Virus record (IMG/VR): IMGVR_UViG_3300042890_003772
Coordinates: 307 to 64,306 of that record
Reading direction: 5' to 3' (one strand)
Length of the DNA stretch: 64,000 bases
DNA from: a virus
Positions 9,692 through 19,900 of this stretch are shown here, piece by piece. How positions within the stretch are numbered: the first letter of the stretch is position 1; each line of letters starts with the position of its first letter. The translations under genes and the position numbers were made by a program. Under the pieces are notes generated by a model that was not told the DNA's origin, ran no database searches, and saw nothing but the letters and a program-made list of their open reading frames with translations.

Positions 9692-10326
9692 TTTATTAAC
9701 TCCTGAACTACTTTTCCATAATCATAGATACTAACCATATAGCAATCATTTGCAAACATTATTTCGTGATCACTGGCAGTAGCTGCAAGTAAATCTTTAT
9801 TTGTATAGGTATTAATATATTGATTGAGTTTATCAAGCAGCAGCTTATTGTTGTAGTCACTAGCAGGTAAAGTACTGTCTAAACGATCCTCATCTGGATC
9901 AAACGCTGTACCATCTCCCAAGTTAGCAATTGTAGTGTCAACAACAGCAAACAGATCTTCTATATTAGGGCTCCAGATGAAATTTAATTCACCTACTGGG
10001 AACACTACGCTGACGGAACCATATCCAGCTGCACGTGGTTGATTACCTGTGGCAAATATTCCATTACGTAACGGAAAATGAAATTTTGTTTGAAACTCTT
10101 GATTTAAAAACTTATGTATTAATCTAGGCGTATCTAATGGAGTTCTATCTAATCTAGGTTTAATTAAGTTAATATGACCTGGATAGGCTTTACCGCTATT
10201 ACTACCTCTAAACAAGCAATCACCGTTATTTTGCTTTAGTATTTCAATATACGGTCCGCAATGCTGCTTAATAGTTTCAACAATATGTGATAAATCAGTT
10301 GCATCTATAACTTCATGTAATCTCAC
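9688..10326 (-). CDS. ADP-ribosyltransferase, ModA/ModB/Alt-like, paralog 2
   Basis: CLFRG, IFATGN and DHEIMFAN motifs. Paralogous to its two neighbours. Confidence 0.55.
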   Translation of the reverse strand: MRLHEVIDATDLSHIVETIKQHCGPYIEILKQNNGDCLFRGSNSGKAYPGHINLIKPRLDRTPLDTPRLIHKFLNQEFQTKFHFPLRNGIFATGNQPRAAGYGSVSVVFPVGELNFIWSPNIEDLFAVVDTTIANLGDGTAFDPDEDRLDSTLPASDYNNKLLLDKLNQYINTYTNKDLLAATASDHEIMFANDCYMVSIYDYGKVVQELIK

Positions 10327-10895
10327 GACATCACCGCATCTTTAATCATACCATAATTTTGAATCATAATACACTTATTGTTAAGCATAACTTCATGACC
10401 TGTTTGTATAGCTTTATCCAATTCATTATTTTGATACGCATCAGCTATGCTAGCAACAGCATTTATTAATGATTGTTTAGAGCTTTCAAGTGTCTCAAAG
10501 TCAAAGGTTTTATCCAATTGAACATATAAATCACTAATTTGTTTGCTCCAAATATAGTGCAATTCGCCAATTGGAAACACCGCATAAACCGGTCCGTAAT
10601 ACCGTGCATCATCATAACTGCTAGATGCAAAAACGCCATTGCGATATGGAAAACCAAATGCACGCTTGAACGATTGATTTAGTGCATCGTGTAGCACTCG
10701 AGGGGTATCAACCGGAACTCTATTTAAGTTAGGTTCTATTACATTAAAACCTTCAACGTTGGTAAATCTACTACCTTTATATCCACGAAATAATGGAGCA
10801 CCGTCAGTATGCTTTAATACTTCAATATAAGGAGCACATAACTGCTTTAATTTAGCAATATCTACATCTGGAACTGCGATTTCGTATAATTTCAT
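10323..10895 (-). CDS. ADP-ribosyltransferase, ModA/ModB/Alt-like, paralog 1
   Basis: PLFRG, VFASSSYD and GHEVMLNN motifs. N-terminus MKLYEI. Confidence 0.55.
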   Translation of the reverse strand: MKLYEIAVPDVDIAKLKQLCAPYIEVLKHTDGAPLFRGYKGSRFTNVEGFNVIEPNLNRVPVDTPRVLHDALNQSFKRAFGFPYRNGVFASSSYDDARYYGPVYAVFPIGELHYIWSKQISDLYVQLDKTFDFETLESSKQSLINAVASIADAYQNNELDKAIQTGHEVMLNNKCIMIQNYGMIKDAVMS

Positions 10896-10922
10896 TACTG
10901 TAAACTCTAAGGTATAATTGAT

Positions 10923-10930
10923 TATTTATG
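10923..10930 (-). promoter_or_regulatory. Late-promoter-like box CATAAATA (minus strand)
   Basis: Lies 26 nt upstream of the paralog 1 ATG at 10895. Confidence 0.4.
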
Positions 10931-11513
10931 CACTGAATTCTAAATTAAAGTCCATATTTTTAGTAACATTTAATTCAATGTACATTAACATCATTGCAAC
11001 ATTTAACGTGTTAGTATTTGGTATTTTAGTTGACTTAATTTTTAATAATTGAACGCGTGGATCATACGCAATAATTGTTTTAAGTTCATCTTCAACCTGA
11101 ATCACTACTTCATCATCTAACGGCTCAAACAATAATTCAGGAATAATGGATCCAAACCCAGGCATCATTACTCGACTACCTTTTATTGTATTAATATGAT
11201 TTAGTATATTTCGTTCAACTAGACTAACATCAGTAAGGGTAAATGTATTATTACCGGGATTTTCAATATTATAATTTGCTGATATAGGTGATGTTAGTCC
11301 TTGCGTATTAGTAGCTGGAAACACACCTTTTTTAATTGTACCTGAATTAAAATCGATAGTAGAAAAACCTCTATATAGTGTACCGTTATAATTAAGGTTA
11401 TTAGTACCATTCAATATACTAGTTGATTTGGTATTAGTACCTTTTACTGTTGGTGTCGCTATAAGCGATGAAAGATCGATACCCAGTGTGTTAACTGTTT
11501 GCCGTTGTGCCAT
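10926..11513 (-). CDS. gp25: Baseplate wedge protein, gp25/GPW family
   Basis: IKGSRVMMPGFGSIIPELLFEPLDDEV...YDPRV matches the T4 gp25 motif KGSRPFDPEFGCDLSDQLFE...YEPRI. Confidence 0.7.
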   Translation of the reverse strand: MAQRQTVNTLGIDLSSLIATPTVKGTNTKSTSILNGTNNLNYNGTLYRGFSTIDFNSGTIKKGVFPATNTQGLTSPISANYNIENPGNNTFTLTDVSLVERNILNHINTIKGSRVMMPGFGSIIPELLFEPLDDEVVIQVEDELKTIIAYDPRVQLLKIKSTKIPNTNTLNVAMMLMYIELNVTKNMDFNLEFSA

Positions 11514-14500
11514 TACCTACTCCAATACTTATTTCTAGTTTTATGAGTCCGTCCAATTTCAGCCTCATTATTTGTATATTTCTGAGTCATGTCGGTATTA
11601 GATTTATTATCTGACCTAATCCATGGTTCGTGTTTTGGTATTCTCAATGGATATGCGGCTATTAATGCAGCTGATGATGATGCAGCTCTAGGTCCATTCA
11701 TTTTTGTTAATATCGCTGCCCTATCTTGATCAGGTATTTTATCTAACAAGCTCATCATTGTTTCGTTTGGCATACTCATTAAGAAGTTATTAAGCTCCTC
11801 ATCTGGGATACGTGCAAGATCAGCTCCCAATAATTCAGGTGACATATTTGAGAATACATCAATTAAATCAGCAAGTGGTGCACGATTAATTAAATCAGTA
11901 AAATCATTAATTGGTATATCTTTCAACATACTACCAACATCATCTGGCTCCATACCATTTAGTAGTGATGTTACGTCTTTATCATTAAAGTCGGATAATA
12001 CTCCAGTTGCATCAGGACCACTTAACGTTGGAAGCACCGCACTCATTTGCGTAACTTCATCATTTGTCATACTATTTAGCGCTTCAGTTGCATCCATACT
12101 TGCAGCAGATGTAAATACTGCAACTTTATCCTTGTCACTTAAACTTGTTAAAAATTTAGATACTTGTGGTAGTACAACACCGGTATCTGGCACCATGGTT
12201 AGCAGTTGACCGCGTTGATCTGGTGACATTTGCTCCATAAGATTATTGACATCTTCAGGTGGTAAATCAGCAATTTTTGCGCCAATATCTGCACCAGTCA
12301 TGCTATTTGAAAAGGTGCTTTGAAAATTCCCGGGAATAATTTTTGATGTATCAAATCGTTGAACATCGGTACTATCTACGGTTAATTTGTCGGTCGGTAT
12401 ATACGACATTGCTTCACCTAATGCGGATGGCTCCATATTAGCCAGTACACTATTAATCTCGTCTGGTGATCTAGTTGCTAAAATTCTACCAAAATTAGGA
12501 TACTTAAGCGCGTTATCAGGAGTAACAGTGTTTTGATCTACTGCAACCCCGTTTGCATCTACAGTAGATTTTTCTGTATTTGCACGTGCAATTAACTCGC
12601 CTGCGAGCGCAGGATGTAAATTACATACCGTATTAGGATCTATTTTTTCTAATAATGCTGCTAATTTATCTGACTGCATATTTGATAACATGTCACCTAA
12701 TTTAGCACTTTGCATATCGTTTAATATGTTAGTATCTGGTATATTATCTACCACATCGTTAATTTGATCCGATGGAATTTTTGATAATATATTACCTAAT
12801 TGAGGTGACGGTAATTGAGATAAAATACCATCTAAGTCTTCTGGTGGTAATGATTGCATTATACCGCCAGCTGCAGCTCCACTAATCTTATCTAGAATAC
12901 CAGGTAGCATATCAGCTGGTATATTTGATGATACTTGCCCAAACATATCTGCACCAACACTACTAAGCAGATTACTAACAACCTCATCTGACATTTCTGA
13001 TAACGCACGACCAAGATCTTCACTAGGCATATTTGCCATAGTGTCGCTAATACTATCACTTGAAATAGATCCCAATACCTGAGCTAGTTGTGCAGATGTT
13101 AGGTTAGAAGCAGCACTATCACCTGACGTATCACTTGAAACTGGTGTTACAGTTGGATCAACTAAAACTCCATCGACTAATACCGGTGTAACGTCTGCAC
13201 CAGTTGAACCAACTGAGCCTGCAACACCTAGAGCTGCTTTAGTCTTACTTGCTACAGCTTGTGGTGCTACTATACCACTGGTTGCACTAATAGCGGCACT
13301 ACCTAGTATTATTGAACCACTTCTAATAGTTAGTGATGATTTATTAGTAATGTTAAATTTAGTTGTAACCGCATCAAGTGTATTGCCACTTAATACTAGA
13401 TTATTTGTACCGGTAACTGTTGTGCGTTTACCTTCAGCTTTTAACGCTGTAGTACCTTTAAGGTTAAGCACCTTACCTTGAATGTAGCAGTTTGATTTTG
13501 CAATAGTAGTTATCTTATCGCTAGTAGTGTTAATTTCTTTAGTGCTACGTAAGTTAGTTTTTTGTGAACGTACATAATAATTTGTTTTTGCAGTAGAGGT
13601 TATAACGTCGCTACTGTTACTGATGACATGATTAGATGATAGTACGATATCATGATTAGCATTCATGTGTATATCTTCTGCGTGCATTCTAATAGACTGC
13701 TTTGCATTTAAATTAATATCTGCATCAGAATTAATAGATATTGATTGGCTAGCGTAGATATCAATAGATCCATCTTGATCAAGTTCAATCCAGTTATTAC
13801 CTTCAGCTGTGTTAATGTATATTCTTTCATTAGTATCATCAATTATAATATTATGTCCACAAGAAGATCTAATACGTATTCTACAATTATCAGCACTATC
13901 ATCCATTGACCATGAATGAAAGCCTGGTGTAGTCATTGAATATATCTGACTATCGTAGTTGTCACCATTGGCGGTAAATTTACGATCTGGATTAATTCTA
14001 GATCGTTTATATCCAGACGTGGTATCAGCAACTTGTGATTCTGTATACTTGTTTTTTATATATTGATCACTTAATCCAGTTACCCCTGGATCTGTAACAC
14101 GTGATACGTATTCAGGACGATTAGTATCTGTGCCAAACGCTTTTGTTATGTTAGTTGATAATGGTTGAATAGGTTTTTCGGTAGATGATAGTGGGCCAGA
14201 ATATTTACCATCTTTATCTTTAATATGTCTACCATGAGGCATAGTATGTTCCATGAATCTTGGAGGCATACATCCAAAGAAGACTCTGCTAGTTGGATCA
14301 CCATTTAAGCACATAATAACAGCTTCAGAACCGACTTTTGGTAGTGCCCACATGCCATACGATGTAGATCCTTCCGTTACAGAATCATCTGGACCTCTAT
14401 TAATATTTGTAGATATCATTCCACCAAATGGAGTAATATAGTTGCACCACGGTAAGTTTTCGTATGGCGTACCTGGTAAGTCTCCGTATGCCTGACAATA

Positions 14501-14599
14501 TACTTTTATTCTACCTCGACCTTGCGGGTCGTTAGTATCTACTATTAACCCAGTAGATACCACTGTATATGGATTTACGTTTTGATTTGGACCGTACAT
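11513..14599 (-). CDS. gp5: Baseplate central spike, gp5-like (OB fold plus beta-helix) with a C-terminal helical-repeat extension
   Basis: The N-terminus DTNDPQGRGRIKVY...LPWC is a gp5/VgrG-type OB fold. It is followed by a beta-helix rich in Ser, Thr and Asn. The C-terminal third is about 25 degenerate LxxMxPxDL repeats. Confidence 0.6.
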   Translation of the reverse strand: MYGPNQNVNPYTVVSTGLIVDTNDPQGRGRIKVYCQAYGDLPGTPYENLPWCNYITPFGGMISTNINRGPDDSVTEGSTSYGMWALPKVGSEAVIMCLNGDPTSRVFFGCMPPRFMEHTMPHGRHIKDKDGKYSGPLSSTEKPIQPLSTNITKAFGTDTNRPEYVSRVTDPGVTGLSDQYIKNKYTESQVADTTSGYKRSRINPDRKFTANGDNYDSQIYSMTTPGFHSWSMDDSADNCRIRIRSSCGHNIIIDDTNERIYINTAEGNNWIELDQDGSIDIYASQSISINSDADINLNAKQSIRMHAEDIHMNANHDIVLSSNHVISNSSDVITSTAKTNYYVRSQKTNLRSTKEINTTSDKITTIAKSNCYIQGKVLNLKGTTALKAEGKRTTVTGTNNLVLSGNTLDAVTTKFNITNKSSLTIRSGSIILGSAAISATSGIVAPQAVASKTKAALGVAGSVGSTGADVTPVLVDGVLVDPTVTPVSSDTSGDSAASNLTSAQLAQVLGSISSDSISDTMANMPSEDLGRALSEMSDEVVSNLLSSVGADMFGQVSSNIPADMLPGILDKISGAAAGGIMQSLPPEDLDGILSQLPSPQLGNILSKIPSDQINDVVDNIPDTNILNDMQSAKLGDMLSNMQSDKLAALLEKIDPNTVCNLHPALAGELIARANTEKSTVDANGVAVDQNTVTPDNALKYPNFGRILATRSPDEINSVLANMEPSALGEAMSYIPTDKLTVDSTDVQRFDTSKIIPGNFQSTFSNSMTGADIGAKIADLPPEDVNNLMEQMSPDQRGQLLTMVPDTGVVLPQVSKFLTSLSDKDKVAVFTSAASMDATEALNSMTNDEVTQMSAVLPTLSGPDATGVLSDFNDKDVTSLLNGMEPDDVGSMLKDIPINDFTDLINRAPLADLIDVFSNMSPELLGADLARIPDEELNNFLMSMPNETMMSLLDKIPDQDRAAILTKMNGPRAASSSAALIAAYPLRIPKHEPWIRSDNKSNTDMTQKYTNNEAEIGRTHKTRNKYWSR

Positions 14600-14625
14600 T
14601 ACTTACCCTTATTAATTAGTGTAGC

Positions 14626-15141
14626 TTACCATTTACTACAAATATTGTTAAATTTTCGATAATCGTACACGTATGGTGTATCGCATACCATATAAAATTT
14701 AATATACTGTAAGTTACCAATTTTTACAGTATCATGATAATGAATAAAATTTGGTGCGCTAGGAAATATTAGTAGCTCACCCATATTTGGTGCATGTTTA
14801 AACTTAAACGTCTTAAATATTAATTCGCCACCATACACATCAGTAGATATATCAAATGGTGTTGTATTGTTGTATGTGCTGATAGGTATGTATCCAGTAA
14901 AATCGTATTTGTTTATACGGGTCCATTTTCTATTAAAATATACACTATTATCACAAATTGGCCGTACGATTACATCACCAAAATTTGCAGGTACTAATTC
15001 AGCTATTTTGACATTATAATACTTTTCAACAACAGCAATCACGCTATTAGCTTTATGAGTGGTGAATTCCAACACATTATCAGATTGACATTTTAGTGGT
15101 GGTATAAAACCGTCTATTAAGATGATAGGAGGGCTAAGCAC
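14626..15141 (-). CDS. Hypothetical protein (possible baseplate component)
   Basis: 171-aa ORF directly upstream of the spike gene. Confidence 0.4.
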   Translation of the reverse strand: MLSPPIILIDGFIPPLKCQSDNVLEFTTHKANSVIAVVEKYYNVKIAELVPANFGDVIVRPICDNSVYFNRKWTRINKYDFTGYIPISTYNNTTPFDISTDVYGGELIFKTFKFKHAPNMGELLIFPSAPNFIHYHDTVKIGNLQYIKFYMVCDTPYVYDYRKFNNICSKW

Positions 15142-15785
15142 TGTGATATTAAGCCTTCAAGTTTAGGGTCGATTGTGCTATTAGTATGTTTTAACAAATT
15201 TACACCAGCTAAGAAGTCATCTAATCCAGTACGATCGTTAAGATTAACTTGAACATTTTTAATAACTTCATTACCTAATTTGCAAGTAACTGTTATTACT
15301 GGACGTTCTTCAACACCATTATCTGCGGTTTCAATTTGTTGATGACCAGATAAATTAAATTTGTATTTTGAATTACCGTATTCAAACTCAACCGTACTAT
15401 CAGTTAATTTAATGTTTTTTGCATTTAAGCTGCAGCATGCAGCACCGGTATCAACTTTACTTTTAATTGGTTGATTGTTATTTAATCCCATAATAGTTAT
15501 ATCAACGTGCTGCCCAATCGTCGACTCTAATATTATTGTTTTACTAAGGGTATATGCATTATCTATAAAATTAGAGACACCACAAACATATTGCCCTTGA
15601 TATTCATAGATATGAAACACTGGAATATTATTTGAGATATCATCTAATGATGGGCAATGCGTGTATAACAGGGTTGCATCTTCACATGTAACAGTTTGAG
15701 TAAATGGCCAGGTAGTGCTAAATGTTTCTAGTAATTTATCTGTTTCTTGTGGTATGTTATTTTCCGATAAAATCAAGGTGGTCAT
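15117..15785 (-). CDS. Hypothetical protein (possible baseplate component)
   Basis: 222-aa ORF overlapping the next ORF in an operon. Confidence 0.4.
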   Translation of the reverse strand: MTTLILSENNIPQETDKLLETFSTTWPFTQTVTCEDATLLYTHCPSLDDISNNIPVFHIYEYQGQYVCGVSNFIDNAYTLSKTIILESTIGQHVDITIMGLNNNQPIKSKVDTGAACCSLNAKNIKLTDSTVEFEYGNSKYKFNLSGHQQIETADNGVEERPVITVTCKLGNEVIKNVQVNLNDRTGLDDFLAGVNLLKHTNSTIDPKLEGLISQCLALLSS

Positions 15786-15801
15786 AGCTATCTCTTAGTT
15801 T

Positions 15802-15809
15802 TATAAATA
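15802..15809 (+). promoter_or_regulatory. Late promoter box TATAAATA
   Basis: Exact T4 late consensus 42 nt upstream of ATG 15851. Confidence 0.45.
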
Positions 15810-15850
15810 TAATCATATTTATTAGTTGTATCTCCGGAGTGTATAGCATA

Positions 15851-16906
15851 ATGAGACTGACAGATTATTTAAATGAAAGCGGTGACGCTGCGATCTCTGG
15901 TGGAGATATCGCTGGATTTCGTGCGCCAATGTTTTCAAAACCAATAACACGTAAGCGTAAGAAAAAGTACAAGTTGACAGAAGATAAAAAAGTTAATGAT
16001 TTTAGTAGTGTTGATGTAGTATCAAAATTACAAGGTGCAGAAAAAGCAAATGAGCTTAAACAAGATTCTGTAGCGTATGGTATAGAAGATGCTGATGGTA
16101 ATATTACAAAAGTATATGTTAGCAAAGAGCAAGATGGTGAGTTTAAACAAGCGTTAAGTAAGATATTACAAGATGAAGATCACGTTGATGTTAACGAAAT
16201 TTTATTTAACTTAAGAAACTCTTTTGATATCTTATATGTTGAGTGGCCAAAGCTACCAGAAGATGAAGAAGTTGATAATGTGCTTGATACCAAAAAAGAT
16301 GGTGATAAACCTGAGGGTGATGTTCCACCAGAGGGAGCAGAAGGTGAACTACCTGCTGAGCTACCACCGGCAGCACCTGCTGTAGATGATTCAAGCATAC
16401 TACTTAAAGTTATTGATATGTTAAAAGCGGATGCTGATTCAAAAACGGCTGAAGCAAAAGCAAAGACAGCTCAAGCTGAAGCTGAGCAAGCAAAGTTAAC
16501 TATTCAATTAACTAACACTAAAGTTAAAAATGAAGAAGATATGCTTCGTGCTGAAGAGCACTTTAAGAAGCAAGCTGAAGAAAAGAAAGAAGCGGATAGA
16601 TTGGCTAAATTAGCGAAATACCGTAATGAAGTAACTAATACTCCAACCTATGAAGGTGTTATGAATTTTAACGATATTATGAATGAAGATATTACAGCTA
16701 ATGTAAATGCAATTCAAACCAAAATTGCTGCAATATCTGTACAAAAAGCTCGTGCAAGTAAATTATATGATGATCAGATTCGTAGATTACAGCAGCAATT
16801 AGCTATGATTAATAAGCAAGCAACTGCTCGTGGAGCTGCTCAACCTGCACAGCAAACACAACCAGAACAACAACCTGCACAACAAGGTCAACAACCTACC
16901 GTGTAA
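15851..16906 (+). CDS. Coiled-coil protein with a Lys-rich N-terminus and a Gln/Pro-rich C-terminus
   Basis: ORF with GGAG at 15836-15839. Its 3' end overlaps the convergent 1236-aa gene by 11 nt. Confidence 0.5.
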   Translation: MRLTDYLNESGDAAISGGDIAGFRAPMFSKPITRKRKKKYKLTEDKKVNDFSSVDVVSKLQGAEKANELKQDSVAYGIEDADGNITKVYVSKEQDGEFKQALSKILQDEDHVDVNEILFNLRNSFDILYVEWPKLPEDEEVDNVLDTKKDGDKPEGDVPPEGAEGELPAELPPAAPAVDDSSILLKVIDMLKADADSKTAEAKAKTAQAEAEQAKLTIQLTNTKVKNEEDMLRAEEHFKKQAEEKKEADRLAKLAKYRNEVTNTPTYEGVMNFNDIMNEDITANVNAIQTKIAAISVQKARASKLYDDQIRRLQQQLAMINKQATARGAAQPAQQTQPEQQPAQQGQQPTV

Positions 16907-19900
16907 CGTTTGGTTGCGGTGTTATAACGGGCACTGGAGTTAGGTTAGATTGTGATTTAACCCAGTTGCTCATCACCTCTAGTAACGCTGCATTTGAAGC
17001 AGCTGTATTTGTAACATCACCTGGAACGCTACCAAGGAATGTTAGTAATTGTTTACCGACATCAGCAATTGTAGCTGATATTTCATTACTTAATGATTCT
17101 GTAATTTGAGTCGATGGTAGTTTTTTAGGTTCATCAGGTGTAATTTGAACCGCAGTTTGTTTATTAGCATCAGCAGCTGGTTTTGCAGTACCTTCAGATT
17201 TATCATCATCTGAAAAGTACTTATAAGCCTCGTATCCAGCATAACCTACTGCCGCAGCTCCAAGTGCACCAAGCACTACCGGTGATGACACTGCCCCAGC
17301 AACCATAGTACCTATACCGGCAATAGCTTCACCCGCCATAGTTAACATACCCGCACCTTCTATCGCAGTTGCTGCAGTTCCGGCTGCTCTAGCTAACCCA
17401 ACACCTTTTTGTAACGCACCACCGCCTAACACTAGTGCCGCTACTGCAGTTGCAACAGCGCCAGCTAACCCATCAAATAGCGATGAAATGTGATTTAACG
17501 TATCAGCTAGAGTTTTTTCAGCTTCAAGATATGCAGGCTCTTGTGCTTTTTGTAGCGCTTCACCTTGTGCTTTGACCTCCTCAATACTTGCACCATTTTT
17601 CATACGATTAAGTGCAGATTCTTGTTCTAATTGTTGACTTGCTGGTACTTCAATTGTCTTTTTTAGTGCATCTGATAGTTTTGCTTCGCTCTGCTGTGCA
17701 ATAGTATTAACACCTGAGAACTGCATAGATAAGCTTTTTTTCTCTTCAGGTGTAGCAGCACCTTTAATTTTTTCTGTTTGTGCCTGTTTAATATCATTCT
17801 GAAACTTTGCAATTTGTGTTCCAGTTTCAGCTACTAATTTATTCTGCTCTTCTGTACGTGCACTAGCATCAATCATTAATGCATCGTTGTATGCATTCAT
17901 TTTGTCTGTAGATAACCCGTAGTCGGCTGCTGATACACCTACTTGTTGACCAGCTTGAGATAGTGTGGCCACAAAATTAGTTATGCCGCCAACATCACCT
18001 AAAATCTCATCCGGTGAAAGCCCTTCACCTACTGTTAGCACTGCTTTAGCAAACTCTTCAGTAGCTTCCTTTGACATACCTAATGCAGCTGCAAACTCTA
18101 CCTGTTTTTGAATTTGCATTACTCTTGCGGCACGATCTGCAGAATTCATTTTTTGTAATGTGCTTCTAAATGCTGCATCTTTAGATATGTTCATAGTCAT
18201 ATCTGTCATTTCTTGAGTACTTAATCCAACAACCGTTGACATTTGCTTCATGCTATGTTGCATATCAGCAATCTGATCAGTAGTTAATCCAGTTATTTGT
18301 GATAATTGCTTAAATGCTAACTGATTTTTTGCTATAACCTGTGGATCGGTACCGTACACGCGCTCATATTGATCATGAGTTGCTTGCATTTGTTGCGTTA
18401 TAGCTCCAACACCTTCATTCACCCACGCGGTTTTATAATCGCTAAACACCTTCATGAAATCAGCTTCACCGAGGTCTAGTTTAGTTGCGTTAGTTGATCC
18501 GGTAGCGGTACGATCTAGCTGTATGTTGTTGCTTACAAACGCATCGTATTCTGTAGATGTAAACTTATTAACATCTTTTGCAAAACCGTATACCGCTTTT
18601 ACCATATTACCAACAGCACCAAGCACTTCTTTTGCAATAGCGCCACCACCACCTGCTGTTTCTACCGCACCGCGAACATCTCTACCTGATATTGATCCAT
18701 TATTGCGTTTAATAGCAGCTAACTCAGCAAGCATTTTACCAGTAGCTGTATTACTACTACGCAGGGTTGCTAGTGCCTTACCTTGACCTTTGTTGTAGCC
18801 CTCTAAATCTACCGCAGTTCGGGAAAACGCATCCGATAGCTGCGCTTGTGACTCTGTTAACTTATTAGTTACAGAATCAGCAACTTTAACATCAATCCCG
18901 GTGGCTACTTTAGCTTGAATATCTGCCAAAGCATCAAGCATTGCGGAATCAGTAATGCCTGAATCTTTTCCACTTTTGATTAGATTTTGTAATAGTTTGG
19001 TGTCTTCTTTGCCTAATATTTGATTAGTGCTCAACAACTTTTCAGTTAATTGAGCCATATACTGATTATAATCACCAATATATTTTAATTGCTCATATGA
19101 CTTTAGCTCATCTGCTTGATTATTAGAGCCAACTAGCGCTTCACGCACTAATGCAACAACAGTGTTTTGTAACTCTACTTCTGACCCATCAGCAAAAGTT
19201 TTAGCAGCCTCTGATAGTACTCTTGCACCATTAGCTTCAAATGCACTAATAGATTGCGCTGCATAGTTTTCAACTGCAGTTAATACACTAACATGATCTC
19301 TTCCAAGCTGTGATGCAGTGGCTGCTACCGCCTCATTTAATATATCAGCGTGAACTTGTGAAAAACTATTTTTAATATCAGTTACAAACCCAACTTGTGC
19401 TGCTAGTAGATTTTTTACAGCATCTTCCGTTATACTGGTGTTAACATTAACGCTACTAACCCCAGTCATTGCATTAGTTAACTGATCATTAACTTTTATT
19501 AACTCTTCAAACCACTTACCCTGTACCTTTGCGGTACCATCAGCATTCCTACCAACTCTCAATAACTCAGTAAGTGCATCGAATACCGCTGTGTTCTCAC
19601 CACTCGCATCTTGCTTATCTATTATGCCACTGGTAGATTGTAGCTTAGTTAAAAATGCTGTTTTAGCTTGCTCTAGTTTAGCACCATCTAAAGTTTTAGT
19701 TAATTCCTGTAATTCATCTTGAAACTGTCCACCGTACGGCCCAAGACTACTTAGTAATGCAGCGTAATCTTCCTGATACGTTTGAATCTCTGTTAATGCA
19801 TTACCCACTGTACTAGTGTTAACAGTCATCGAGCTTAATGCAGTATTAAGTGTTAGTAAACGATCAACTACACTTTGAGTACCGGTAGCTAATGCCGTAA

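Noticed and set aside
15865-16398. Three minus-strand ORFs (86, 72 and 62 aa) within the 15851-16906 gene.
   Set aside because: They are antisense to the coiled-coil gene, low-complexity, and lack start signals.
18454-18786. A 110-aa plus-strand ORF inside the 1236-aa gene.
   Set aside because: It is antisense to a long, uninterrupted coding region, and its Ala/Pro/Ser composition mirrors Ala-rich codons.
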